This document shows, in pieces, positions 62,721-64,000 of a DNA stretch of 64,000 nt. A program made the position numbers and the translations under genes. Positions within the stretch are counted from its first letter, which is position 1; each line of letters opens with the position of its first letter. This stretch comes from Felis catus. Its lineage: Eukaryota. The stretch lies in the NCBI RefSeq assembly GCF_018350175.1, contig NC_058368.1, positions 172,548,001-172,612,000 on the forward strand. Direction: 5' to 3'. The notes under the pieces are model-generated. The model made no database searches. It saw nothing but the letters and a program-made list of their open reading frames with translations, and was not told the DNA's origin.

Positions 62721-64000
62721 TCCATATGTCTTGGAATTGTCTGGCCAGGTCAGAAGGAAACTGTTTTTGCTCTCTTTTCGCCCTTCTGTGCCCCATCCAC
62801 TCCATCCGACTTCAGTTCTTTTTAATTCTGTTAAGTTCCCAGGACTTCAGGGCACTTACAATTTGTACATTGAATAAAATGTCATCTTAGAAAAATTCTG
62901 TCAGTATATCCAACAGTATTTGCTAAAAGATGCTACTCTCAACACAAATACTCCTGTCTACAATAGAGCAAGGACTAATGTTCAAGTTTCTAAAAAATAA
63001 ATGAATATTTAGAATCTTTTTCTCATTTTTCACAGAATAAAACTTTTATTACTGTCTGAGAATACAGCCAGACAGGAGTTGTTACCCTCAAATCCTCCTA
63101 GACAATTGATGGTTTGGGGGCAAAAAAAAAAAAAAAAAAAAAAAAAAACAAAGAAAAGAAAAAAAAGGGCATTTTTCTAAATACACATGTATGGAGGGTC
63201 TGGAAACCAAAGGATTTTCCAGGATTTGAGTAGATCTCTTTATAACCACACTTCATTTTTACAGAAAGTAGAGTGTAAACCTCAACCAATTATATTTCAA
63301 AGCAAAGAATGTTTTTCTCCTGGGAGAATATGTGCATGACAGCTCTGGAGGTTTAAATTTAAACCATCTTGAATTAAATCTGAACATACAAAAAAGTGGA
63401 TCTTGACAAATTTCTTAAGCAACATTATGCTCATGCTTGGGTAATTCAGAAATGGCTGAACAGATAGGTTCAACCTTCCAGAAAAGAATTTGCTTCTGAG
63501 CTAATATGAAGCATATGAAATTTCAGCTGAAAAGGTTACTAGGAGAGGGAGAAATTTGTAAGACATTGAAAATAGAGATGCCAGATGAATATAAAGATGA
63601 TAAATGTAAAGTAGGAGCTTGGAATGAGAGCAATACCCATGGCCATAAATCTAACAGTACTGGTTATGTCATAATTCCAAAGGTTTTATGTATTTATCCA
63701 AGATGAGTACATAGCTCAACATCGTCCTTATCCAGTTTTTTTTTTCTTCTCGGATTCCTTTTGGTTATAATAACACTTCACATTTATGTCATACATTTCA
63801 AAATACACCATGTATATTATAAGACATACTGTCCTTTATGTCCAAAGTTACCAGTTATAACAAATAAAACCATTGCAGAGTTGTGAAAACTTGATTACCT
63901 GGTGCTTGCCATTCCAAATTCTCTTTACCTAAACTAGGACCACATGTTAGAGTTGGAATGAGGACACACTCACACACCTGCCCTGGTGCGCTCTACCCAC

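Noticed and set aside
63122..63167. Poly(A) tract as a retrocopy tail
   Set aside because: No TSD or upstream retroelement body recognised.
1..64000. CRISPR array, operon or prokaryotic-type system
   Set aside because: Mammalian intronic DNA; no repeat-spacer array or gene cluster.

Overview
Mammalian genomic DNA from a felid (cat-like carnivore), judged from ~48 tRNA-derived Can-SINEs (SINEC_Fc-type) and felid-type L1 3' ends. The only protein-coding exon I can support is the first coding exon of MCC (MCC regulator of WNT signaling; long EF-hand isoform), minus strand, 60918-61069, inside a CpG island. Everything to its left (1-60917) appears to be MCC intron 1; I did not find exon 2. Bases ~61.6-64 kb are upstream flank. 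The intron is dense with SINEs, young and old L1, L2, MIR, CR1, MaLR/ERVL LTRs, DNA-transposon relics and microsatellites. I see no evidence for a novel multi-gene system. The most interesting local observations are: tandem in-frame 5' splice donors inside the MCC EF-hand loop; an overlapping uORF; a TSD-flanked, poly(A)-tailed orphan insert; a perfect 18-bp-stem palindrome inside an ancient transposon; a 35-bp dispersed duplication; an octamer-motif cluster; and a promoter G4 minisatellite. Repeat family names are from recall of consensus sequences, not from a search, and repeat boundaries are approximate.
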